The notes: generated from the sequence alone by a model not told the origin. Counted from the first letter of the stretch, positions 10,878 to 22,722 are shown. The stretch is 22,722 bases of DNA from Ginkgo biloba (GCA_024626585.2 JANKJI020000004.1:151662757-151685478); one strand, 5' to 3'. A program made the numbers and translations.

Positions 10878-11053
10878 TTGTTCAACAAATAATTATTTAG
10901 CCTAATAAATTATTTGGTTGAATAATTTATTACAACTGTTTAATGTAAAAGAGATAGCAAATATGAAAGAGGCAGAAATAATGCACCGAAAAATTATTTG
11001 ACCGAATAATTTGTTGGATTAAATAATTTGTTCAACTAGATAAATTATTTGAC
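10878..11053. repeat. Array of AT-rich inverted/palindromic units (AAATTATT...AATAATTT)
   Basis: Palindrome aaataattattt (10887-10898), ataaattatt-tggttg-aataatttat (~10905-10930), aaattatt-tgaccg-aataattt (10991-11012), aaataattt...aaattattt (~11021-11050). Confidence 0.65.
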
Positions 11054-11059
11054 AATGAT

Positions 11060-11340
11060 CTCATATGCTTACAATATTTTAATGACAAAATTATGTTGAA
11101 ACTAGTTAATGGCATCTATTTAAAGCCATATCAACTTTAAATGCCTAAAATATAGAGGGTCGATTGCCTTTAATCTGAATCACAGGCAATGCAATCCAAC
11201 TCTGTAAGTGCACAACAACCTCTTTAGAATAATCTTCGTAAATTGTATGGGTAGGATCTCAGTAGTCATAGCTCGTAAATGTAAATCTTGGTGGTGCAAT
11301 CTTCAACGTCAATTGCATTCCGAATGGTACGCTTACGATC
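11060..11340 (-). pseudogene. Possible highly decayed gag-PR linker or protease remnant
   Basis: TKIYIYEL*LLRSYP, PLYILG, and a frameshifted ALID..TSFNII that weakly resembles a retropepsin active-site region. Confidence 0.2.
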
Positions 11341-12599
11341 GACTCAATACAAGATGGCGATAGGATTGTAGTAGTGGATTGTGGCTTGTAAGGTGTTGTT
11401 TTGTGTTGAATGTATTGGCCTTGTGACTATTAAGTAATGTGATAGTTGCTTTGATGTGACCATTCATTTTGGTGGGCATTGTAATCATGAAAAGGCCCTG
11501 TATCGATGTTGTTATTTTTCTCCTACTTCCTCCACTACTATTCTATCTTCTTCTACAAACCCAAAACCCTCTACTCTAGTTCTTGTTGATCCTATAGCAG
11601 TCAATAGTGCTTCAGCTTACTCGCCTTTGGCGGATGATGAGGTTGAAGAAAGTTTTACTTTGTGTCAACAGTGGCAATGTAGTGAGTTGCCTCGCACACC
11701 ACCTATGCCTCTCCAAGGTAAAAAAAGAGCCTTTAGTCCTTTTAGAGTTTGTTGCTACTTTGGATGAAGTTGTCGTCATTATTTTCTAATGTGTCATTTG
11801 GTGAGGGCATCCATTTGATCGATGCCAATGTTGATAATATTTAATTGTGGCAACTGCTCTGAACAATGTTCCAAATGGCACTTGGTTGTAAGAACATGAG
11901 TCTAATGCATTAGTTTATTTCTTTAAGGGCGTAAAGTTGTTGATGCAAATAATTTCTTCAATTGTATGTTAGGTCCATCGATAACCTTCAAAGAATTGCA
12001 TGGACTATGCTCAAATTTAATTAGGAGACTTGTTGCTTGGGTCATTTTCTCCTGTTTGTATTGTTTGCTCTCTTTTTCTAAAGGATCCAATGAGTTTGGT
12101 CCTGAAACATTATTCAGTGCCTCAATTGAACTTGCTTCAGAGTTCTATTGCATTGCTTTGAGACTATCTGTTAGTTTTGGTATGCCACCATAAACAAGGA
12201 AATCAGTAATCACAGATTAATCAGAAATCTGGAGAACATATGACACACATGTTGAGTAGTGTGTACCCTTAAAGCTCCACTCTATATTCACACAAAATAT
12301 AGTACTAACATAATGATACAATGAATAGTAATATAGAGCATCGAATGAGCTCATGGCAGCCATCTATACAACATGCGTAGGCTTGCCAAAGTGGCAAAAG
12401 AAAAAGCTAAAAGAAACAACTAGACAATTGAACTTGCCATATACATAATAAAGAAAGTACANNNNNNNNNNNNNNNNNNNNNNNNNNNNNNNNNNNNNNN
12501 NNNNNNNNNNNNNNNNNNNNNNNNNNNNNNNNNNNNNNNNNNNNNNNNNNNNNNNNNNNNNTATTTATTAATGTAAACTTCCCTACGGGAATATGACCT

Positions 12600-13168
12600 G
12601 TATATGTAATTTCGAATTCAAACGAATAAACAATGAGAATTGAATGTGTTCCTCTTCAACGCTTTCTAACAAACATTACTATCCAACACTATCCTCATGT
12701 TCAATAGGCATTTCTTCTTTAGATGTCACTTCTAACAATTTGTGACCTGTGGAAATCAATGGTTGTTCATTCGCTCCTTTTGTCTCGTTCCCACAATCAT
12801 CTTCTTTGTCTTGTTTAATTTCATGTCTTCGGTTAATGTGTCTTCCAATTTGTCACTTCCTTCTTATTCACCTATGGAGTTATTTTCTTTGTTGTATTCT
12901 TCTATATGTTTAGCTATGTTGTCATTTTCTTCTTTGTTTGTTGTATGTAATTTCTCAAGCCATTCTTCTATGTTAGTAATACTTTGTTGTGCATCTTCAA
13001 CATCCACCTTAATCACATTCACTATTTAAAGTAGGTTATTTATACCTTGAATTATTCTAGAGTCCCAAGTAGTAGAGTAACACATTCCCTGTTCTACTAC
13101 TAACTGATAGTAGATTGTAGGTGGTTTAGTGAGGTATAGTTTATATCTAATAATTTAAGAGTCGCCAT
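12600..13168 (-). pseudogene. Decayed acidic/coiled-coil ORF, probably the 5' part of a retroelement
   Basis: ATG at 13168 (MATLKLLD...), then E/K/N-rich VDVEDAQQSITNIEEWLEKLH...EENDNIAKHIEEYNKE with stops and frameshifts. A PBS-like TGGCATCATCCCC lies upstream on the minus strand at 13230-13218. Confidence 0.3.
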
Positions 13169-14399
13169 TTTATTGTTCATTGTTAATGACTTAAAAGACT
13201 AAAAGATTTTCCAGGTAGGGGATGATGCCACTATTATAAGCCAAGGGAAAAAGGGTTTAAAAAAGCAACTATAATACGTTCTTGCTTATGTTAATTTTTG
13301 TCTCTTATGTTAAAATCTCTACTCTACTCGTGTGTGTGTGGGGGGTGGGGGGTCCCACATTGAAACTCTACAAGTACCACATGAGGTTTATAAGGCACAA
13401 CATGCCCCTAAAGCTTTCCCAATCCAGAAGCAAACATTGGGTGCAAGTCCCAAGGTAGGGATGTTAGAGACCTCCCTCTCTTTAATACTAACAAATGCTT
13501 AGAAGGGTTGAGCATTGAGTGGCCTTATTTGGTGCCACATTGATTTTAGTGCGAGTTGCATGAGTTGTCAGATAAGCCTATGTTGGCTTCTTGGCATAGT
13601 TGCTACCACATTAAAGTCTTTACTCCTCTACTACTCTTACTAATATACTTTACCCCATATAGTCACTCGAATTTTCAATTTGACCCAAAGCTAAAATATT
13701 TGGGGATGAAATTAATAAAAATTATACCGTTTTTTTGTTGGTTATATATGGAAAACATTTAACTTGAGGTCTTTACTTTTCCCCAAATTAATTGATGGGC
13801 AAGGCTTGCAAAGAATCACATAGGCTCCCCAATTTTGTCCTCTCAAGCACCATGTGAGCAACATTTTTTTCAAATTGGGTTGTGAGGCTTCCATTTGATT
13901 TTGTGATCCTTGTAAGATCAGGGAGGAGGTCATATGAGTTCATTGTGATTGAACGCTAACAGCACTAGATGGTTGCTTAATGTATTTATTTTTCCCAACT
14001 AAGGTTATAGTTTTAGAATAACAAATAATGACTTATGCAATTCAATGCAGTGAACCTCTTGTTGGCCAAATGCAATGATTAGGGGGAATACACAACATCG
14101 GTCAATAGTGGCACGACCATTTGTGAAGATGATTATTTATGGAGGAGCACAATTGTTTGTTAGTGTTTGATTGTAAATGTACGAGTAAGACTCGACTATG
14201 GATGCATTGTTGAGAAGATTCACCTGATTCAAACCATTATGAATGCGTTTGCACAATGATGATTGAACAATTTATGCATTTTATATGTGAAAGAGCACTG
14301 GCATAGTTCGATTAATCTGATCTTTGTGTGTTCAAATTGAGTTCAACAATATGCCTTTGTACACTTGTCAGATTTGGAGTCTAAGGACTAATCTAATCT

Positions 14400-15410
14400 T
14401 CGTCCAAGGACTTCCTTATGTCTTGTTACTATTTTATCTTGCTTTTTTGCTTCTTTAATCCTATTTCTTAAAGATCGTTCTACCACCATGATGTTATTTG
14501 CTGGCAGCATTCTCAAGAGAGAAACGACTACCACATTCTCTTTTCCCACTTTAATTTAGGCCAGAANNNNNNNNNNNNNNNNNNNNNNNNNNNNNNNNNN
14601 NNNNNNNNNNNNNNNNNNNNNNNNNNNNNNNNNNNNNNNNNNNNNNNNNNNNNNNNNNNNNNNNNNNNNNNNNNNNNNNNNNNNNNNNNNNNNNNNNNNN
14701 NNNNNNNNNNNNNNNNNNNNNNNNNNNNNNNNNNNNNNNNNNNNNNNNNNNNNNNNNNNNNNNNNNNNNNNNNNNNNNNNNNNNNNNNNNNNNNNNNNNN
14801 NNNNNNNNNNNNNNNNNNNNNNNNNNNNNNNNNNNNNNNNNNNNNNNNNNNNNNNNNNNNNNNNNNNNNNNNNNNNNNNNNNNNNNNNNNNNNNNNNNNN
14901 NNNNNNNNNNNNNNNNNNNNNNNNNNNNNNNNNNNNNNNNNNNNAATAGTTCTACCAAAGGAGTTGAAATCTTGGAGAAGTTCAATACAAATCTACAAAA
15001 GAAACTTGCCAAACTAAGAAAACATCTTAATTCATGAAGAGTTATACACGTTCGCCAATCCTAAATGACTTGGATCTTCCTAAGGCCCACTGAGATACCT
15101 TTGGCTGAACTAATTTGACCCAAATACTACACTTCATCCTTGAAGAAGTCCTTGTCAATTTATCATCTAACATTTCCTCTAAGGACATCTAGCACCATTC
15201 TTAGGTGCTTTTGATGTTCCTCCTTGCTCTTGTTAAAGATCAAAATGTCGTCTAAGAACACGTCAAAAACTTTCCCATATATGGTTTAAGAACATTGTTC
15301 ATGAGCCTTGTAAAAGTGGTTGGGGGCATTTGTTAACCCAAAAGGTAGCACTGAGAACTTTGTAATGACAGTCCCTCATGGAAAAAGCCGTCTTCCCCAC
15401 CTCTTTTGAA
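14400..15410 (-). mobile_element. Degenerate chromovirus Ty3/gypsy RT-RNase H fragment
   Basis: GKTAF (~15397-15383), LPFGLTNAP, LMNNVLKPYMGKF, VFLDDILIFNKSKEEH and LASFFCRFVLNFSKISTPL. After the N-run comes GKENVVVVSLLR (decayed GKENVVADALSR). Confidence 0.9.
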
Positions 15411-15575
15411 TACAATTCCCAAGTTATAGATCTGGAATAGCATTGAGATTGCAAAGATATTCCAAATACACAAGAGAGATCACAAGGAAATAAGACATCG
15501 AGAGTCTGCAACAACAAGAAATTCTCATTAATCATCTAGGAAGAATATACAAGGGGATCATCCCAAGATCAGACA

Positions 15576-16174
15576 CCTTGGGAATAGCTCATCCTTTCTG
15601 CCTTTCTTCAAGGTGGATTGCTTATGAGGCTTCAATCTGACATACACCCAATCGCCAACCTCTTAATTCCTGCCCAATGCACTGCTAATCAGCTTGCAAC
15701 TTCATCCTATTATGTGCTTCAACGAGATTAGTTATTAAGAATTTAGAGTACTTCATGATTGTCTTGCAACAAATCTTGTACAATCAGTACATGTGATTCT
15801 TCCCTTGCCCATTGTAGAAGGTGGGGAGGCTTGTAGCCATAAAGATCTTTGAAGGGGCTCATTTTGATGGAGGACTGATCGCTAGTATTGTACTAGTATT
15901 TTGCCATGAACAACAACCTAACCCAACTTCCTTACTTGTCTCTAACAAAGCTCCTTAAATAATACTCCAAAATCTTATTCATTGCTTCAATTTGGCCGTC
16001 CATTTAAGGGTGATAGCTAGTGTTGTAAGTTAAGGTGGTCCCCACTTGATCGAATAAATCTATCTAAAAATGACTCGAACTTTGAGTCTCAGTTGATTAC
16101 AATGGATTTGTGGAATATGTGCAACTAGTGGACTTCATGAATAAGCCTGCAATTCTATTGGCTAATGATGTAGC
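15576..16174 (-). mobile_element. Degenerate chromovirus (Reina-like) integrase core and C-terminal fragment
   Basis: NTSYHP*MDGQIEAMNKILEYYLRSF, Y*YNTS, MSPFKDLYGYKPP, EAHNRMKLQAD and VGDWVYVRLKPHKQSTLK...LFPR. It breaks off just before the GPY/F motif. Confidence 0.93.
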
Positions 16175-18847
16175 NNNNNNNNNNNNNNNNNNNNNNNNNN
16201 NNNNNNNNNNNNNNNNNNNNNNNNNNNNNNNNNNNNNNNNNNNNNNNNNNNNNNNNNNNNNNNNNNNNNNNNNNCCTGTGCATGTTGTAGGCATGGCTGC
16301 CGTGAGCTCTATTTAGTTGTAATCGTTGTATCATGATGTATTGTATTATTCTGTGTGAGTATACATTGGAGAGGTTTGAGGGTACACGATACCCATACAT
16401 GAAATTCTTCTGATTTTTTTGATCGAGTGATTTCTTGTTACTTGTGTATACCAAATTCCAACACTGTTCAGATTGTGAATGTTGGTACAATTTTAAATTT
16501 AGGTAGTCTGATTTCTTTGTCAATGAGCATTTAATAGTGTATCAAGATATTGAAAGTCTTGCCTGGCAAATTGAAAGTGTAAATCTTTCTTACACAAATG
16601 GAATTTATGCAGGCTATGGGACCACATTGCCTCCAATATGCACTTATATGTGACATCTGCACAGTCATCGCAGCCAGGTGTAGTAAACGAGCAAGAGAAA
16701 ATCAACTCCGAAAACGGCTATTGGGCCCAGCTTTTGCAAAGCTCCAACCTATTTTTCTGCCAATGGGCATATGACACGTGACAATATTGGCCACACTAGC
16801 TAGTGTGAAAATGTGGACCAGAAAGCCACAGGGTATCAGATCCAAATGCCGACAAATATCTTCACACTTAGAGCAAGAAAAATGAACTGTCTCTTGAACA
16901 TTATAAGCAGTTGAGTAAGCTCGACATGCACAATGACAGCAGCAACATTCAACAATTGCACACAACTGTTTCTTAGCAACAGATTCCTTTTAGAAAAATA
17001 CAAAAACACCAAAAGCAAAGATGAAAAGGTTTGACTAAGAAAAACTTAGCACGTTGTGAGGTCAATAGTTAGTTATCCCAGATGGTGTATCCCTAAGATG
17101 GTCGTCCTTACAGAAAGGGAGACCCAAGCAGTGCAGGTGGAAGAAAATGGAGTTCAACTCTGTTGAGGAGGTAAAACCAGGTAGGTTGACCTCAAGAGGA
17201 GATACAGTCACTTTCAAAAGCAGTTCCACATCCTAGTACTCGGGACAGCATTCTAGCTACTTGGCAAGCATTGCATCTGGTTACCCAAGCAACTTGGCAA
17301 GATGGTGGCGTGCCCAAAAGTAGTTGAAGTAGATCTGCTGGACAGAACACACGCCATGGCCAAGCAACTAGAAGCTTAAGGGGAACAAAGCTAGTTGAGG
17401 GAGCATGCTAAAACAGTTAATACATTTGAGGTGGCATGCTTACCGAGATCTTAAAGGAGACAACACTCTACAAGAGGATCATTGACCAATCTACAGGTTA
17501 AGGCAAAAAGCATAGTGAAGAGAATGCTCTTTATACACCATTGAGAACAAATTGAACTGTTTGCCTTTTCAATGCGGCTCCATAAAGCACCAGCATGTAA
17601 TAAGCAATGTAGCAGAGTTGTAAATATTTGAGGCAAGTTTATATGCTGTGTAAATGTATTTTTCATTGCAAGATGCTTCACCTGACTGTTATAAAAAAGA
17701 GAATGGAAGCCAATGGACAGAATTAAGTAGTGTAAAGTTCAGTCATGAAAATGTAAGATGATTGCAAAAATTTAATTGGTTTAGATTTTTATGTGTCAAA
17801 TTCTTCGCACTCTGATTAAATTGCTTCCACATTATTTTCAAATGGTTGAATTCCATTCTCACTATGCAAATTTGGATCATGGATAGTTGGTACCAGTTGT
17901 TCATCCTATTCCTGATCTTGGTCCAATTGTGTGATAGAATTTTCTACCTCCCTCTTTATGTTTCTCTCATTTTGAGTTGTATAGTGTCAAAGAATGGAAT
18001 GGTGTGACAGAAGAATATTATTTTTGGAAAGGGGAATGGATGTATTTTTCTTCTTTTGCTTCATCAGTATTATGGGAGGGTTTTGCATGAATCAAACTTC
18101 ACTTAGTTGAAAGTTTTTTTGTTTCATTTTTCTTTCTAAGAACTCCTATTTTTTTAGGAGTAGTTTTGTTCACATACTATTATGCGTTCCATTGCAAGTG
18201 CATACACTACTTTGTTTCCAACTGTAAAAAAGTTTAATTTTCAATATGTGTCATGTTCCATTGTTAATGCTCTGGTTGCCTCTCTTCCCCTTTGATTTAA
18301 AAGTACATTGATAAGAAATATGTGAAGATGAAATTTCAAGGTTGAATGGAGAATTCATCATCTAGGGTTCCATGTTGTTTCCCCATGAATCCAACCTCAC
18401 AATAGAAGAAAAAAATAAACAAAGGAAAGGGTCATTCTCTAGTTTAAAACCCACTTTATCAATTGTCACTTGTCCATCGATTCTTGAGCTAACCAAACCC
18501 TTGAAGGAGCAAACTCTAGCACTATCCTGCACTCGCCATGCTATTAGGAGTGAAACCCTCTAATTCAGTTTATATTTACCCTACTATAAAACATTAGAAC
18601 TCCTCCCCTTGCTACCAAATACAAAATATCATTGGCTCGCCTGTGAGTCGAGTGGCTGCCATGTACAACATTTGCCCCCATCGCCAACATCCACCCATGC
18701 GCCACGGCTCGATATGGAGGCCTCCACAATTGAACTCAATCCTCTCGATTCCCTAGTGAGGTCACCATTTCCTTTCCCTGTCAGCCCGATTGCCCAATTT
18801 GAATTCGCTACAGTCACATGCACCCTCGCAACCACCTTGTGTAGCTT

Positions 18848-18863
18848 AAAAAAAAAAAAAAAA
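18848..18863 (+). repeat. Poly(A)16 tract
   Basis: Sixteen consecutive A after a C-rich segment of about 250 bp. Confidence 0.9.
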
Positions 18864-21710
18864 CTACAATAATTCATTATCTATACTATATACTAAAAAA
18901 AATCCAAATTCATGATAGGAGAGAGAAGATAATTCTACGTGCATCCAAAAAATTACATATAAATATATATATATATTATTAATTTGTTGAATAAATGCAG
19001 GAGATACATGGTGAGTTTTCACTGTAGCGATTAAGTGTACTAGACTTATATAATTTAAATAATTTCCTGAAATCTGGACTCCACAAGTCTTTGTGTGAGA
19101 AAAATACATAAGAACTAAAAAGAAACAAAAATATTAAAAAAAATGTGGGCTTAAAAGAATTNNNNNNNNNNNNNNNNNNNNNNNNNNNNNNNNNNNNNNN
19201 NNNNNNNNNNNNNNNNNNNNNNNNNNNNNNNNNNNNNNNNNNNNNNNNNNNNNNNNNNNNNATTACTAATATTGAAAAAGAAAACTTGTTTTTTTTTTTT
19301 TTTGAGTATAGGGACAGCTTAACAAGAATCTCCTCTGATGGAGACCAATAATGTCCTGCATAAATTGTGCAGGTTTTTATAAGAAATGAAGTTCACTTTT
19401 CACCCAATTTCAACCATCATTCACCAGATTTTTGAATTGTGTCGTGTCTGTGATAACTACATTATTGAAGAGACATATATTCCCTAGTCTAGATACTCCA
19501 TATAAACAGAAAATGATTGGAAAGTAATTACAGCTGAAACTTTCAAAACAATCAAATACTGATATAAAGCTTCCTTGATGTTTTCATCTACAAGCCAAGA
19601 AAAGTCCTACATAAACATACCTGAGCCACTCTCCCCCCTGCTTATGAATTCTATGAAGAATGCAAGGATGAATGCAGTACTTCAAACTCTCTATCCTTTT
19701 TGTATCTCTTTAAGTTTTGGGTGCAAAGATGATTGTCAATTCAAATGTAAACTCAGAAATGGAGAAACTGTAGTGATACTTGGAACATGGAATGTGCTAA
19801 CGTAGCTACCAAGATACCTCCAAAACTGGCTCGCTCAATATGCCTTTGTATGCACCCCTAGTGCACATCCATTTCAACACACTGCTGCATAGATGTTGAC
19901 AGGATGATCAAGTACTGAGCTATTTTTGTATCTTAGAGTCTGCCTCCTCTCTCAACATGTTACAATGATGATTCGGGTATGAACCTGATGAAATCCTGAC
20001 ATAAATCTTAGTTCTCAAATCTTTCCTGAATACACCTTCATCAATTCTGAACCTTTTCTTTATTTTCCCCTCTGAATATATAAGGAGGCCTAGGTGATAT
20101 ATATATCACTTGCTGATCTGGATTGGAAGTTATCTGAACTGACCTTGCAGTTCTGTTAGGTTTTATTGTTTTAACTTTGAATTTTCATTTTTGCTCTCTT
20201 TCAACACTTTTTCAATCTCATCACAGATCATCAGCCTTGCATGGTGGATTAGCATCCATGAACAAGAAACAATGGATTGCCAGTTAAAGTTGTGTATTTT
20301 TGACCCCCCTTCAATTTTAGCATTTTAACTGTTCCAATTGCAAACTAATCTGATTTTGATGTCCTGCATGTCTTCTCAAAACTGTACATGAGTAATGCGG
20401 ATGTCATTACAATGGCCTAGGGGTCATCAAGGTATTTGTAGCTGGATCGTAGTAACTACATCAATCTACTAAACATGTTTTACTCCAATGTAATAGAAAA
20501 CAACCGTAGGTAGTATCTAGCTTGTTTCAGTTGCTCAAAAATACACAAAAGTCAACATTTCTGCAAATAATTGAATGTTGACCATGAAATAGGTATCAAC
20601 ATAACCACATAACGACCATTGTCACAATAGCGGCAAGAGGTCAGCACCAGAATAATCCCAATCACTGGTCGGTATTGTTAATCTATCAATCAAATGCTAT
20701 CAATCTGAGATTCTTAGGCTATTGCCTAAAGACAGGTTAATGCACCTATCTGTATAATGCAAGATCTTTCCCAATCGGGGGAACTGTGAGAGATACACCT
20801 TGACCAACTTATAATCATCCCAAAACTTGGCCAGCTAACAAGCTATATATATTTCCAAATCTTTGATGTTTGTGTAATGTTTCCAAATTCTTATTATAGC
20901 AAAAATGCCTAGGCTCATTTCATAAAATAGGATAAAAGATCCATAAATACAAGAAACACCTACACATCTGCAAAATGTTTCCCAATACAAACAAATGGCA
21001 TCATATGCATTTCACATTTGAACCTGTTTGGCGTTTTAGTACCAACACTTAGGAAATTGTCATCAACTATGATTAGAGGCCTCACAGAAGTACAATCATT
21101 TGAAAACNNNNNNNNNNNNNNNNNNNNNCCTCGTGCATTATGTTAAGGTGCGCTGTTGTGACTAAAGACTGGGGCAATTGCTCATTGGTTTCATTTTGCC
21201 ATTTCAGTGTGATACCTTGTTTCAGCCCTTATTTCACATGGCAATCAGTGATAGTGGGAACAATTTGATTGCTTCTGATCCAAATGTGCAACCATCAACC
21301 ATAGGCATTTCCATTGCAATCAGTACCCATAGAAGTTCAGGAAGTTAAAACACGAGTTTGTATTNNNNNNNNNNNNNNNNNNNNNNNNNNNNNNNNCAAT
21401 CGATCTGCCGATTTCTACTATTTTTTCTGCTTCAAATCAGCACTCTCATCCTGCATCCCATCTTATAGTGCACTTAATGCTGACTCTATCAAAAAGTGGT
21501 GTTGTGACAACAATAGGTGTTATTAGATGTTTCTGCATAATATTCAATTCCTATTATAGCCAACCTTTCAATTCTGAGTTTGGGCAACTTACTTTCCATT
21601 CAACCAACCTAAAAGTTGAAAATAATATCTACAAATCCACAAACCAAACTTCCACTCCATGCAACATACTACAGTCGTGTGTGGAAAATAGAAGCACAAA
21701 GATACTGTCA

Positions 21711-21872
<162 letters not shown>

Positions 21873-21944
21873 CTATAGTGAATAGCCCACATCAGAAATA
21901 ACACCACCAATCTATTTCATTCAGCATAATTGTAAATAACAAGA

Positions 21945-22632
21945 ATTGAAAACTTATAGAGGCTCGTGTTATTAAGAAAACATATTTCTTTCTCAATAAT
22001 CTCATCTCCCATACTAATATGTTTGCAACTAGGTATCTCTTCAGATAAGTCTACCCTAATGCAGATGTGGCAAGTCGCCCTCTAACAGAACACCTTGTAT
22101 GGATCCATACAAATAATTTCTCCCAAGGATCCTGTAATCATTTCCAAATGTCTAGAGATATGCAATGACATTCCTGGGAACTCTACCCACACTGGGTAAT
22201 AAATATTAACTTTGTTATTAAATGAGAAATTCTTGTACCATCTCTAAAAAATGATGAGCATGCGATAATAAAAATAAGGGCCTCAGTTAAAAACCCTAGA
22301 TGCTTGCACAATACTGGAAAAGGTGAAGGCCATAAACCCTCTAGTGAGGTTATATATTGACTCAACCTAGATTCCTTCTTTAGTCCAGAAATCTTGAATC
22401 CACTTTTTGAGCACAAGTTCTAGGGGGACCCTCCCAAGGAAATAACCAACTAAAGTACAAGAAAAAAGCTGACAAATAGTTTCCTCAATCACATCATTTT
22501 CAAAAATAAAAAAGGTGGCATATTACCTCATGGTAGACCTTGGGCACTAGCTTCCTCACCCTCTTTGGAGCCATCTCTCATCCCGGATGCATGGCGTATA
22601 GACTCCTTCTCCAGCGAATTTTTAAAATGCAT
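21945..22632 (-). mobile_element. Decayed L1-clade LINE ORF1 (DUF4283-type RRM plus the zf-CCHC_4 lead-in)
   Basis: A single frame of about 190 codons (22510-21945) with 4 stops: CTLVGYFLGRVPLELVLKKWIQDFW...IYNLTRGFMAFTF...VFN*GPYFYYRMLIIF*RWYKNF...YPVWVEFPGMSLH...GSLGEIICMD...HICIRVDLSEEIP. A possible ATG lies at 22632 in another frame. Confidence 0.88.
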
Positions 22633-22722
22633 GATGAGAAGAGAGCTTGTTAATTTAACAGTGACAAGAGACGAGAAAAGCAGAAGCTGAACCGTCTATC
22701 CACAGAGAGCAAACTTCACACA

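Larger units (their letters stand above)
2570..19261. other. Six exactly 100-N scaffold gaps (2570-2669, 3808-3907, 7474-7573, 12462-12561, 16175-16274, 19162-19261)
   Basis: Counted directly. The other N-runs have variable lengths (10, 71, 62, 26, 304, 378, 21, 32). Confidence 0.95.

Noticed and set aside
10878-11053. CRISPR-like repeat-spacer array
   Set aside because: The units are short, degenerate and alternately oriented with no unique ~30 nt spacers. The context is eukaryotic and no cas genes are present.
12176-12461. Minus-strand TGGTGGCATACC as a PBS with an LTR at 12191-12461
   Set aside because: There is no canonical TG/CA end next to it, no tRNA match I can name, and the downstream frame (12190-11920) has no gag motif.
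13330-13352. (TG)n plus G-run as a G-quadruplex or telomere-like signal
   Set aside because: Very short simple repeat with only two G tracts, common inside LTRs.
14079-14390. TTAGGGGGAA as a polypurine tract followed by a 3' LTR
   Set aside because: It is followed by TA rather than TG, there is no plus-strand pol upstream, and no partner LTR.
19755-19805. VVILGTWNVLT resembling the N-terminal motif of an RTE/L1 APE endonuclease
   Set aside because: It is followed at once by a stop, with no LQET or other downstream APE motifs in any frame I read, so it is probably chance.

Overview
AT-rich eukaryotic DNA, almost certainly from a land plant. The retroelement motifs look like those of fern or gymnosperm elements, which is my inference and not a database result. 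It comes from a fragmented draft assembly with 14 N-runs. Six of these are exactly 100 N, so the window is probably seven separate contigs or scaffolds. I found no intact protein-coding or RNA gene. Bases 1-16174 are mostly decayed Ty3/gypsy LTR retrotransposons: (1) an LTR end with a tRNA-Glu/Asp-like PBS and a gag remnant; (2) two related minus-strand chromovirus (Reina-like) copies, one gag-PR only and one gag-PR-RT-RH-INT; (3) a plus-strand non-chromovirus RT-RH fragment directly joined to an unannotated antisense ORF remnant; (4) a minus-strand INT fragment lying upstream of an RT-RH fragment. Bases 16275-22722 differ in composition (CAG/CTG retained, intron- or gene-space-like) and end in a decayed L1 LINE ORF1 (DUF4283-type). 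I see no convincing novel system. The best leads are the antisense accessory ORF, the unusual PBS and the INT-before-RT junction.
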